Shown piece by piece: positions 39,188 through 48,235 of a stretch of 64,000 nt of DNA. The stretch comes from Chitinophagales bacterium (GTDB taxonomy: Bacteria; Bacteroidota; Bacteroidia; Chitinophagales; CAIOSU01). Under the pieces are notes generated by a model. The model did no database searches. It had not been told where the DNA came from and saw only the letters and a list, made by a program, of their open reading frames with translations. The position numbers and the translations under genes are program-made. The stretch spans positions 640,591 through 704,590 of the forward strand of contig BPHB01000001.1 of the NCBI GenBank assembly GCA_026003335.1. The letters run 5' to 3'. The first letter of the stretch is position 1. Each line of letters begins with the position of its first letter.

Positions 39188-40861
39188 ATGCCAAAACCCG
39201 ATAGCGTTTACTCCGCTCAATCTGACAATACCTTCTGGAAATGGGGCAACCCTCAGCAGTCTTTTCATCTGAGTGATTTTCCTAAGTTCAAATCTTTTTT
39301 GGAGCACCAGTGGAATACCCAGCTGACCGATGACTTTCGTCCTCCTGACCTGATTTCTACTTTAGCGGAATCTCGCTTCTCATCCCAGGATTTTCAAAGA
39401 TGTTTCCCTGCACTGCACCTTTCCAAATTCAATAACTCCGTGGCATCCCGCCTGCGTTACAGCATGGGCAAGAGCTACCATGACCTCATACGGATATTTA
39501 CCGGCAAGCTGCCGCCATTGGCCGATTTTATCATCTTTCCTGAAGATGATAAAGACATTGTGCATATCCTGGAGCAGGCTAGCCGGCATCAAATTCAGAT
39601 AATTCCCTATAGCGGGGGCAGTAATGTGACAGGCGCCCTTCAGCCAACAGTAAATTCTCCCTGCTGTGTGGTCAACATGCAACGCATGAACCGGCTCATA
39701 TCCGTGGACAAGGTGTCGCATACCGCTGTTTTTGAAACCGGCATTTTCGGGCCGGATATTGAAAAAACGCTTCATCCACGCGGATTTACCCTCGGGCATT
39801 TTCCACAGTCGTTTGAATATTCCACTTTGGGAGGCTGGCTGGCAACCCGTTCCGGAGGTCAGGAATCCGGTCAATACGGTAAAATAGAGGATATGGTTCT
39901 TGGGTTGAAAGCTATTGCCCCGGCAGGCATTATTGAAACTGCCAGTTATCCCCGACATGCAAGCGGTATAGATACTTTCCGTCTGTTTATCGGCTCTGAA
40001 GGTACCCTGGGTATAATAACGCAGGCCACATTACACATCCGTCCTTTGCCGGCCAGTTACCAGTGGGTAGTGTGCCTGTTTAAATCATTTGAAGGAGCTG
40101 TGGAGGTGATCCGCAGGCTGGTGCAGGAGAACATTCGTCCGGGCATACTTCGCCTTTCGGATGAAACAGAAACCCTGCTGTTTTCCAAAATGCGCTCAGA
40201 GGAACCTCGCGGTCTGAAAAAACTGGTTGCTTCTTTCCTGAAATCCCGGTTAATGCGCAAGGGCTTCTCTCGCCCCAGCATCCTCATGATGCGTTTTGCT
40301 TTGCATAACAAAGCTGACTCCTGTTTTCCGAAAGCTGCTGCGCGCTTTCTGCAATCAGCAGGAGCGTTTCTGCTGCCGGCATCGGCTGCTGGCAACTGGG
40401 AGGCTCATCGTTTTACGCTTCCCTATTTGCGTGATACCCTCGTGGAACACCGGATTCTTATTGATACTTTTGAAACAGTAGGCCGTTGGAGTGATGTGCC
40501 CAGAATATACGCACATGTCCGTTCCGCACTGGCACATTCCGACTTTTATGCTCAGGGCGGTTTTCTGCTATGTCATATTTCCCATGTATATGACTCCGGT
40601 GCGTGTCTGTATTTTACAATGCTTGTCCGTCAACGCAAGGGGTTTGAAGCCGAACAATGGGAGGAATATAAAACGCTTGTTACAGAAGCGCTTGTTCAGG
40701 CAGGTGGTGCAGTGAGTCATCATCATGGAGTTGGCATGGATCATTTGTCGTGGTACCGCAAGCAAACTGCGGCCTATGAAAAAAAACTGCTGCGGGCAAT
40801 AAAAACACATCTTGATCCGCATCATATTTTGAACCCGGGAAAACTCTTTGATGAAACGTAG
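39188..40861 (+). CDS. FAD-linked oxidase, alkyl-DHAP-synthase-like (AGPS-like) subfamily
   Basis: N-terminal FWKWGNP (compare the WNGWG motif of AGPS-type proteins). PCMH FAD-binding domain (IIPYSGGSNVTGA) and C-terminal SHHHGVGMDH of the FAD-oxidase C domain. Confidence 0.75.
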   Translation: MPKPDSVYSAQSDNTFWKWGNPQQSFHLSDFPKFKSFLEHQWNTQLTDDFRPPDLISTLAESRFSSQDFQRCFPALHLSKFNNSVASRLRYSMGKSYHDLIRIFTGKLPPLADFIIFPEDDKDIVHILEQASRHQIQIIPYSGGSNVTGALQPTVNSPCCVVNMQRMNRLISVDKVSHTAVFETGIFGPDIEKTLHPRGFTLGHFPQSFEYSTLGGWLATRSGGQESGQYGKIEDMVLGLKAIAPAGIIETASYPRHASGIDTFRLFIGSEGTLGIITQATLHIRPLPASYQWVVCLFKSFEGAVEVIRRLVQENIRPGILRLSDETETLLFSKMRSEEPRGLKKLVASFLKSRLMRKGFSRPSILMMRFALHNKADSCFPKAAARFLQSAGAFLLPASAAGNWEAHRFTLPYLRDTLVEHRILIDTFETVGRWSDVPRIYAHVRSALAHSDFYAQGGFLLCHISHVYDSGACLYFTMLVRQRKGFEAEQWEEYKTLVTEALVQAGGAVSHHHGVGMDHLSWYRKQTAAYEKKLLRAIKTHLDPHHILNPGKLFDET

Positions 40862-42434
40862 GATTGATACAACGGCAGTTTCAGAAATGGATTTTGACGT
40901 GCTGATTATCGGTGGCGGCATTACCGGAGCAGGCATCTTTAAAGAAGCTGGCAAGCAGGGTTACCGCTGTCTTTTAGCCGAAAAAGGGGACTTTGCCAGC
41001 GGCACCAGCAGCCGTTCGGCCAAACTTATTCACGGAGGCTTGCGCTACCTTCGTCACGGACAGATTGGTCTTGTTCGCGAAAGTCTGCAGGAACGCAACT
41101 ATCTGCTGGCAACTTATCCCCATCTGGTCAAACCGCTTCCTTTTCTGTTTCCGGTCTTTCGCTCAAAATATCTTTATTCCCCGGCAATGTCTTTTTATCA
41201 GTTTCTGGGGAAAACCACACTCCTGCCGCCCTATCGTTTTCTTGATAAAAGGGAAACCTTTACACTTTGTCCCTTTTTACCGGATGCTCACATGAAAGGA
41301 AGTTTTCTTTATTACGATGCGGTAACCAACGATGCCCGCCTATGTGTGGAAGTTATAGATGATGGAACCCGCTTTAACAATAATATAGCCCTGAACTACT
41401 GTGAAGTTACAGGGGTAAAGACGGGCAGAACCCTGCACGAGGTGATTTGTTACGATCACATTGAAAAACAACATATTTACCTTCGGGCAAAAGTAATCAT
41501 CAACGCCAGCGGAGTGTGGACCGATCAGGTTCTGCAGAAGTTACTATCGCGCCAGGCTACACACAATGCACCAAGCAAAGGGATCCATCTGGTTTTTTCA
41601 CAAAAAAAATTGCCGCTATACACTGCATTGATCATCCCCTCCTATGCAGGAGACGGACGCATGAATTACGCTCTGCCGTGGGAGCATCACTCTGTGCTGT
41701 TTGGCACTACAGATACTGACTTCAATGGCGACCCTGATCAGCCGGATTGCACCCCCGATGATATTTACTACCTGCTGCATTCTTTAAACTCTTTTTTTAC
41801 CGGTCAGCCTTTCAGTACAGAGGATATCCTTTTTGCCTATTCAGGACTGCGCCCGCTGATGAAAAGCAATAAATCCAGCCGCGCACGCTCAAGAGATTAT
41901 TCTATATGGTGGGAAAATGATTTTATCCTGAATATCTCCGGAGGCAAGCTCACCGGCTTTCATGCCATGGCCCTGAACTTATTGCGTGAGCTGCGAAAAA
42001 AAATTTCCCCGTCATCTTCGGTTTCTGTTAATCATAAAAGACAGACACAACCAGCTTATGACGTGAAAGAACTGCCTCAGGAATTTACCACCCGTATCCT
42101 CAGCAATTTTACCGAAAAAGCTCCTGAATTACTTTTACTTGCACAAAATCGCCCGACTTTAACTCAACGCATACATGCCGATTATGATTTCACTCTGGCA
42201 GAAGCATTGTATTATATTCGCCATCGCTCGTGTTATCATCTGGATGACTTGCTTACCAGGCGGCTGGCATTAACTTATGTGCTGAACGGCTCAGAAGCAA
42301 AAGATACAATCATTACACAATTAGCCTCGCTGATGAAAACCGAATGTGGCTGGAGCGAAGAGGAATACAATGCCGAAGTAAGAAGCTATTATGCGCTGCT
42401 TTTACGGCCTTTACTCCACGAAAAGGAATCATGA
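40848..42434 (+). CDS. glpD: FAD-dependent glycerol-3-phosphate dehydrogenase/oxidase
   Basis: DVLIIGGGITGAGIFKEAGKQGYRCLLAEKGDFASGTSSRSAKLIHGGLRYL is the canonical GlpD N-terminus. It overlaps the upstream gene by 14 nt. Confidence 0.9.
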   Translation: MMKRRIDTTAVSEMDFDVLIIGGGITGAGIFKEAGKQGYRCLLAEKGDFASGTSSRSAKLIHGGLRYLRHGQIGLVRESLQERNYLLATYPHLVKPLPFLFPVFRSKYLYSPAMSFYQFLGKTTLLPPYRFLDKRETFTLCPFLPDAHMKGSFLYYDAVTNDARLCVEVIDDGTRFNNNIALNYCEVTGVKTGRTLHEVICYDHIEKQHIYLRAKVIINASGVWTDQVLQKLLSRQATHNAPSKGIHLVFSQKKLPLYTALIIPSYAGDGRMNYALPWEHHSVLFGTTDTDFNGDPDQPDCTPDDIYYLLHSLNSFFTGQPFSTEDILFAYSGLRPLMKSNKSSRARSRDYSIWWENDFILNISGGKLTGFHAMALNLLRELRKKISPSSSVSVNHKRQTQPAYDVKELPQEFTTRILSNFTEKAPELLLLAQNRPTLTQRIHADYDFTLAEALYYIRHRSCYHLDDLLTRRLALTYVLNGSEAKDTIITQLASLMKTECGWSEEEYNAEVRSYYALLLRPLLHEKES

Positions 42435-43342
42435 AACACATTATATTCATCTTACACGGAAAAATCAGACATCGGAAAGAACTGCGCAAAAGACTATCCG
42501 GCTGCCTGCCTTCCGGAGTGGAAGCAACGTTTCAGGAAACCCATTATGCAGCACATGCCACCGAGATTGCTGCGAAATCCGTACAAGACGGGGCTACCTA
42601 TGTGATAGCTGTCGGAGGTGATGGATTGTTGAATGAAGTAATCAATGGTTATATGTGCGCCTCGGATTACCAACGATACGTATGCGCTGTTGGCATTTAC
42701 CCCATGGGTACCGGCAATGATTTTTGTAAAACCGTTGGCATACGCCCTGACACCGTACAGTTGCAACAACTATTGGAAAGGCATTCGGTCAAACCCGTAG
42801 ATTGTTGCTATGCACGTTTTATAGGCCTTCATGGCACATCCACTAAACGATATTTCATCAATATCGGAGATATCGGTATCGGGGGGGCGGTGTCACAGCG
42901 TGTTAACCAAAGCCGAAAACTCCTCGGGGCAAAGCTGAGTTATATGAAGGCTATCGTGCGCACATTCCTGGATTACAGGCACCGCCATGTCAGCATCACA
43001 GCGGATAATTTTTTATGGGAAGGCCCGGTATTACTGGTGGTGACGGCTAATGGAAGGTACTTTGGAAGCGGCCTATGTATCGCTCCGCAGGCACAGCCGG
43101 ACGATGGACGTATGCAGGTGGTCATACTGGGAAATGTAAGCCTCCTAGATTATCTGCGTCATCAGGGAGCGGTTAGACGGTGTCAGATCATCTGCCATCC
43201 GGAAGTACACTATTTGAGCTCCGCATTTTGTCGCATTGAAACCAGAGAGGAATGTACCATTGATATAGATGGTGAGTTTGCCGGATATGGCCCCATGGAA
43301 GTGCAGATAATGCCGCAGGCGGTAAATTTTTTAAGACCGTGA
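42431..43342 (+). CDS. diacylglycerol-kinase-family lipid kinase (YegS/BmrU type)
   Basis: The start at ATG 42431 forms an ATGA overlap with the glpD stop. DAGK_cat motifs VIAVGGDGLLNEV and PMGTGNDF are present. The track start at 42344 lies inside glpD and was rejected. Confidence 0.85.
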   Translation: MKHIIFILHGKIRHRKELRKRLSGCLPSGVEATFQETHYAAHATEIAAKSVQDGATYVIAVGGDGLLNEVINGYMCASDYQRYVCAVGIYPMGTGNDFCKTVGIRPDTVQLQQLLERHSVKPVDCCYARFIGLHGTSTKRYFINIGDIGIGGAVSQRVNQSRKLLGAKLSYMKAIVRTFLDYRHRHVSITADNFLWEGPVLLVVTANGRYFGSGLCIAPQAQPDDGRMQVVILGNVSLLDYLRHQGAVRRCQIICHPEVHYLSSAFCRIETREECTIDIDGEFAGYGPMEVQIMPQAVNFLRP

Positions 43343-43481
43343 ATCCGCTTGGTTTCCAAAAGCCTTGCAATCAGTACTCCCTGTGAACATGTAGTACTAA
43401 TACGCAACTCAGGGGAGCATCTCAAAAGAATTGCAACAGTAAGTGTGCTTCTGTATTCCTGAGAAAATATTTAAATAGAAT

Positions 43482-44153
43482 TTACCCCTCCACATATACA
43501 ATCCACTTATCCAGAAAGTACTCTTCCTTAAAGAAATCGTGAATGGCGTAAGTTTGTATATAAGGCTGGTTGTCGGAAATGGAAAGTTTAAGTGCCTCAA
43601 TTTCGTCCAGGATATCACCCCCTTTTAAACTCAGCAGGCCGTTTTTCAGATCGTTGAAGTGTTCATTGCTGAGTTTGTTTCTTGACCATGTATACAGGGT
43701 TTTGAGATAACTTACTGCACGGGACACTACAAAGTGGTAGCTGCCGGATATGTTCTCTACCCGATTCCACTCGGCTGTGACATTTTTCAGCTCCAGAGCA
43801 TGCGTTACAGCTTCAACTACCATAATTTTCTTTTTCACCGAATCCACCAGATGGAAACGCGCCTCCGGAAACAGGATAGCCAGAGGAATACCAGGAAACC
43901 CGCCTCCGGTGCCAATATCCAGAATTTTTGTTCCGGATTTAAACTGTATGACTCTGGCTATACTCAACGAATGCAACACATGATGAGTATAGAGGTTATC
44001 AATGTCTTTGCGGGAGATGACATTTATTTTATCATTCCATTCTGAATACAACGGCTGCAGGAGCTCCATTTGCTCTTTCTGGCGTGCGGTAAGCTGCGGA
44101 AAATATTTAAATACCGGTGCAGCCAATTCAGATGTTCCGGATGTGGTAATCAT
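43482..44153 (-). CDS. rsmG: 16S rRNA (guanine527-N7)-methyltransferase RsmG (GidB)
   Basis: SAM-binding ILDIGTGGGFPGIPLAILFP, plus WNDKINVISRKD and HVLHSL motifs. I prefer the ATG at 44153 to the TTG at 44165. Confidence 0.9.
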   Translation of the reverse strand: MITTSGTSELAAPVFKYFPQLTARQKEQMELLQPLYSEWNDKINVISRKDIDNLYTHHVLHSLSIARVIQFKSGTKILDIGTGGGFPGIPLAILFPEARFHLVDSVKKKIMVVEAVTHALELKNVTAEWNRVENISGSYHFVVSRAVSYLKTLYTWSRNKLSNEHFNDLKNGLLSLKGGDILDEIEALKLSISDNQPYIQTYAIHDFFKEEYFLDKWIVYVEG

Positions 44154-44205
44154 AGCGGGCAACAAAACTAAAGCTTTCTAATGCTTTTGTGGGGAAAAAG
44201 CGCAA

Positions 44206-44814
44206 TTAGATTTTGTTGATGTCTTTCTCCAGCAGTTTACACAGCAGCTCTTTAGCCCGGAAAAGCTGCGCCTTAACGGTTCCCAGGGGGATGTTCAACT
44301 CGGCCGCTATCTCCTCGTAGGATAACTCTTCGTAATAGCGTAACTTAATCAGGTATTTATATTTATCATCCAGCTTTTCTATGGTATTGCGCACGGAAAA
44401 AGCTCGCTGACTTTTAATGTACTTCTCCTCAGGGTCAGGAGTTTCAGCTTTAAAATCCAGGTAAAGCTCATCTCCTTTATCGTTTTCAAGAGGCTCATCC
44501 AGGGAAGTGGTAGCCAATCTCTTCTTACGGATGAAATCAATACAGTTGTTGGTAGCGATTTTAAATAGCCAGGTACTGAAGGCATATTTCCTGTCATAGC
44601 TGTCCAGCTTGTTGAATGCCTTCCCGAATGATTCAATGGTAATGTCTTCAGCATCAGCCGGATCATGCACCATTTTAAGCACCATAAAATAAATAGAATC
44701 TTTATACCTGGACATAAGCTTTTTGAAAGCTGCCTGATCTTTCTTTTTTACAGCCCGCTTTACCAGTTCAAGATCCTCTTTGGCGCGATCGGATATGTTT
44801 GTTTTCACTTCCAT
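44206..44814 (-). CDS. RNA polymerase sigma-70 family (ECF-type) sigma factor
   Basis: Region 2 (DAEDITIESFGKAFNKLDSYDRKYAFSTWLFKIATNNCIDFIRKK) and region 4 HTH (LSYEEIAAELNIPLGTVKAQLFRAKELL). Confidence 0.85.
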   Translation of the reverse strand: MEVKTNISDRAKEDLELVKRAVKKKDQAAFKKLMSRYKDSIYFMVLKMVHDPADAEDITIESFGKAFNKLDSYDRKYAFSTWLFKIATNNCIDFIRKKRLATTSLDEPLENDKGDELYLDFKAETPDPEEKYIKSQRAFSVRNTIEKLDDKYKYLIKLRYYEELSYEEIAAELNIPLGTVKAQLFRAKELLCKLLEKDINKI

Positions 44815-45902
44815 GTCTTTACTTTAAAAAGTGACAGACTGCCCAAAGTAACGAAAAAGAGAGATGCGCAGATGTCAAACACTGGTGTGAATAACCAAAG
44901 ATTGTGGACATTCAGCTTTTGCATCGCTTTCCGAAAAATGAGCAGCTGTAAAAAATTTTTTATCAGAAAAATCGTGATGGCACCTATCAGCATGAAGCCC
45001 TGCAGCAGCAGAATAAGAAAAGTCACATTGAATGCAACCTGAGAAAAATACAGGGTGCCTAGTACTGCCTGGTGGCGCATACGATAGTGATAGCCTGCAG
45101 CATAATGTCTTCTTTTCTGATGGATAAAGGCGGAGAAAGCGGCCGGAGCCAATGTAAATACATGTGCATCAGGGTGAATCATAAGAGCAACATTTTGCTT
45201 ATGTGCCAGACGGTTTACTGTTAAATCATCATCCCCTGACATCAATGTTCGCTTTGTAACAGGTGTTTTGATTTCTGCTAATACGGACTTGCGGTATAAA
45301 AGGTTGCGTCCCACCCCCATATAGGGAAATCCCGCTGAAGCAAACGACAGATAATACAGGGCCGTCAAAAAATTCTCATAGCGTATAAAGCGATTCAAAA
45401 GTCCTTCCTCAGGCAGATACGGAGAATATCCCAGCACGATCTGTTGGCCTTCCTGAAGGGCACTTACCATGCATTGTATCCATCGGTTTGAGGCTGGCAG
45501 GCAATCTGCATCTGTGAGTAAGATTATTTCATACGCAGCAGCCTCCAGGCCTGCGCGCAGCGCACTACGCTTGCCGGAAAAATCATCATCCCGTTTCTGG
45601 TGCGATATTACCCTCAGCCGGTTATGATTTATGGACTGCAAGCCACCAGCCGTGTTATCCGTTGATCCGTCATTCACCACAATCACTTCAAAAAAGGGAT
45701 AATCCTGATGCAGCACCAACGGAAGAAAGCGCTGCAGGTTATGCCACTCATTTCTTGCACAGATGATTACCGTAACCGGAGGCCAGTATGCTTTTTCAGC
45801 AGGCTGCTGTTCAGACCTGAGCGCAAAGCGCAGAAAAAAAGCCAAATAGAAAAAAACAAGTATTGCAAAGGAAGCAAAGAAAAGGGCAAACGTTACTATC
45901 AA
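44805..45902 (-). CDS. family 2 glycosyltransferase (membrane-associated)
   Basis: VTVIICARNEWHNLQRFLPLVLHQDYPFFEVIVVNDGSTDNT, a DAD motif (LLTDADC) and TM helices at both ends. TTG start, so start confidence is moderate. Confidence 0.75.
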   Translation of the reverse strand: MIVTFALFFASFAILVFFYLAFFLRFALRSEQQPAEKAYWPPVTVIICARNEWHNLQRFLPLVLHQDYPFFEVIVVNDGSTDNTAGGLQSINHNRLRVISHQKRDDDFSGKRSALRAGLEAAAYEIILLTDADCLPASNRWIQCMVSALQEGQQIVLGYSPYLPEEGLLNRFIRYENFLTALYYLSFASAGFPYMGVGRNLLYRKSVLAEIKTPVTKRTLMSGDDDLTVNRLAHKQNVALMIHPDAHVFTLAPAAFSAFIHQKRRHYAAGYHYRMRHQAVLGTLYFSQVAFNVTFLILLLQGFMLIGAITIFLIKNFLQLLIFRKAMQKLNVHNLWLFTPVFDICASLFFVTLGSLSLFKVKTWK

Positions 45903-46001
45903 ACAACCAATGTTAATTTTGACTGCTTTAAAAATAGATACTTCAATTCACTTTACTCACGAATTAAAAGCTTTAGCACAGAATCAGAATTAAATTACCA
46001 C

Positions 46002-47132
46002 GTGAAGTTTACCATAACAGCACAGGATAAAAACAGCCGGGCCCGAACCGGAGTCATTGAAACCAGTCACGGATCATTTACCACCCCGGCTTTCATGCCA
46101 GTTGGTACAGCAGGAACGGTAAAAGCCGTACATATGGAAGAACTGGAGACCGTCATCGGCTCAGAGATAATCCTATCCAATACCTATCATCTGTATTTGC
46201 GTCCGGGATTACACATTCTGCAGCAGGCCGGAGGCATTCATGCCTTTATCGGATGGCAACGGCCTCTACTCACCGATAGCGGAGGTTATCAGGTTTATTC
46301 TCTTGCTGACAGAAGAAAAATCACGGAAGAGGGTGTCCATTTCCGATCGCATATAGACGGTTCTTCACATTTTTTTTCTCCAGAAAGCGTCATGGACATT
46401 CAGCGTGTTATCGGAGCAGACATTATCATGGCCTTTGACGAATGCACTCCCTATCCGTGTGATTATGACTATGCACGATACTCCATGGATCTGACACACC
46501 GCTGGCTAAAACGTTGTATCAGACGTTTTAATGAAACCTGCTGCAATTACGGATATACTCAAAGCCTCTTCCCCATCGTGCAGGGAAGTATATATCGCGA
46601 GCTGAGAAAAATATCTGCTGAAGCCATTGCATCTCATGCCTGCGAAGGGAATGCCATAGGAGGCCTTTCGGTTGGCGAGCCGGCTGAACTAATGTATGAA
46701 ATGACCAGTGTCGCCTGCGATATTTTACCGACTGACAGGCCCCGCTACCTGATGGGAGTAGGCACCCCGGAAAATATTCTTGAATGTATTGCCATGGGGA
46801 TAGATATGTTTGACTGTGTTTTACCTACCCGCAATGGACGCAACGGCATGCTGTTTACTCATCGGGGCATCATAAACATCCGCAATAAAAAATGGGAAAA
46901 CGATTTCAGTCCCATAGATCCGGAAAGTATAGCAGCCACCAGCCGCAGGCATTCGCTGGCTTACCTGCGGCATTTGTTTGTTTCCGGTGAATTACTCGGA
47001 CTGCAGATTGCAAGCATCAACAACCTGAGTTTTTATATCTGGCTGATGCGGGAGGCACAACAACAAATAAAAGCAGGCACCTTTTTTCCCTGGAAAGAAA
47101 CCATGAAAAGGCGCCTGATGGAACGGCTCTAA
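46002..47132 (+). CDS. tgt: tRNA-guanosine(34) transglycosylase
   Basis: The GTG start at 46002 gives (M)KFTITAQDKNSRARTGVIETSHGSFTTPAFMPVGT. LTDSGGYQV and FDCVLPTRNGRNG motifs are present, and the product is 376 aa. The 294-nt upstream extension in the track overlaps the GT2 gene and was rejected. Confidence 0.9.
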   Translation: MKFTITAQDKNSRARTGVIETSHGSFTTPAFMPVGTAGTVKAVHMEELETVIGSEIILSNTYHLYLRPGLHILQQAGGIHAFIGWQRPLLTDSGGYQVYSLADRRKITEEGVHFRSHIDGSSHFFSPESVMDIQRVIGADIIMAFDECTPYPCDYDYARYSMDLTHRWLKRCIRRFNETCCNYGYTQSLFPIVQGSIYRELRKISAEAIASHACEGNAIGGLSVGEPAELMYEMTSVACDILPTDRPRYLMGVGTPENILECIAMGIDMFDCVLPTRNGRNGMLFTHRGIINIRNKKWENDFSPIDPESIAATSRRHSLAYLRHLFVSGELLGLQIASINNLSFYIWLMREAQQQIKAGTFFPWKETMKRRLMERL

Positions 47133-47135
47133 AGT

Positions 47136-48218
47136 ATGAGGTTAAAAAAAATTGATTATTACCTGATCCGGAAGTTTCTGGTTACCTTTTTCTTTGCCAT
47201 TATCCTTTTTTCCTTTATAGCCACTGTTATTGATTTAACTGAAAAGATTGATGATTTCATTGAAAAATCTGTTCCGCTCGGAGAAATTGTTACCGGCTAC
47301 TATCTGAACTTTCTCCCCTACATTGATACCCTCCTCACGCCCTTGTTTGTCTTCATCAGTGTCATTTTTTTTACATCCAGGATGGCCTACCGTTCTGAAA
47401 TCATTGCCATGCTGGCCAGCGGCATCAGCTTTTATCGGATGCTGGTTCCCTATCTGATTGCAGCAGGCTTCGTTGCTGCGCTTCTTTTTTTGGCCAATCA
47501 CTACTGGGTACCCCTTGCCAACAAAGGCCGTTATGCTTTTGAATATACCTATCTGTCCGGCTCTCACCACAATGCTGAACGGAATTTTCATGCACAGATA
47601 GAAACAAACCACTATATCTATATGGAAAACTATCAGCCTAAAAATATGGCCGGCTATAAGTTCTCTTATGAAATTATACGGGACGGAAAACTGGAATACA
47701 AGCTCAGGGCAGACAAAATTGAATGGGACGCCCAACGCCAGCGTTGGATAATTAAAAATTATTATGCCCGGCGAATAGGTGACAATGGCGAGCAAATCAC
47801 AACCGGAACACTGCTGGACACAGTTTTTAATTTTCATCCCGAGGATATCACCCAAAAGGTCAACGTGAAGGAGGAAATGCCCACTCCGCAGCTCAAACAA
47901 TACATCCAAACCCTTCGCTTACGAGGAGCTTCTGGAATTGAGTTTTATCTCGTTGAGCTATACAGGAGAACAGCAGATGCGTTTATGATATTTATTCTCA
48001 CTCTTATCGGAGTGGCTCTTTCATCGCGGAAGGTAAGGGGAGGCTCGGGATTACACCTTGCAGCGGGAGTTGCCCTCAGCGCATCATTTATTGTACTCAC
48101 GCGCTTTTCGACAACGTTTGCCACCAACGGCAATTTATCTCCCTTTCTCAGCATTTGGATACCCAATTTGCTCTATGGCTTGCTTGCCGTATATCTAATT
48201 AGAGCTGCTCCCAAATAA
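47136..48218 (+). CDS. LptF/LptG family LPS export permease
   Basis: IDYYLIRKFLVTFFFAIILF N-terminus, a periplasmic beta-jellyroll insert and six TM segments. The 360-aa length fits. Confidence 0.85.
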   Translation: MRLKKIDYYLIRKFLVTFFFAIILFSFIATVIDLTEKIDDFIEKSVPLGEIVTGYYLNFLPYIDTLLTPLFVFISVIFFTSRMAYRSEIIAMLASGISFYRMLVPYLIAAGFVAALLFLANHYWVPLANKGRYAFEYTYLSGSHHNAERNFHAQIETNHYIYMENYQPKNMAGYKFSYEIIRDGKLEYKLRADKIEWDAQRQRWIIKNYYARRIGDNGEQITTGTLLDTVFNFHPEDITQKVNVKEEMPTPQLKQYIQTLRLRGASGIEFYLVELYRRTADAFMIFILTLIGVALSSRKVRGGSGLHLAAGVALSASFIVLTRFSTTFATNGNLSPFLSIWIPNLLYGLLAVYLIRAAPK

Positions 48219-48235
48219 CCGAAAAAACTTTATTG

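Noticed and set aside
39380-39958. 192-aa minus-strand ORF inside the AGPS-like gene.
   Set aside because: It is antisense to a gene with clear FAD-oxidase motifs, and no motif is recognisable in it.
42344-42430. Upstream extension of the lipid-kinase ORF.
   Set aside because: It lies inside glpD in another frame. The ATG at 42431 gives the typical MKHIIFILHG N-terminus and an ATGA coupling.
45708-46001. N-terminal 98-aa extension of the tgt ORF in the track.
   Set aside because: The extension overlaps the 5' end of the opposite-strand GT2 gene and has no Tgt similarity. The GTG at 46002 gives the canonical 376-aa Tgt starting (M)KFTI.
47235-47909. 224-aa minus-strand ORF inside lptF/G.
   Set aside because: It is antisense to a membrane-protein gene with clear LptF/G features, so it is a shadow ORF.
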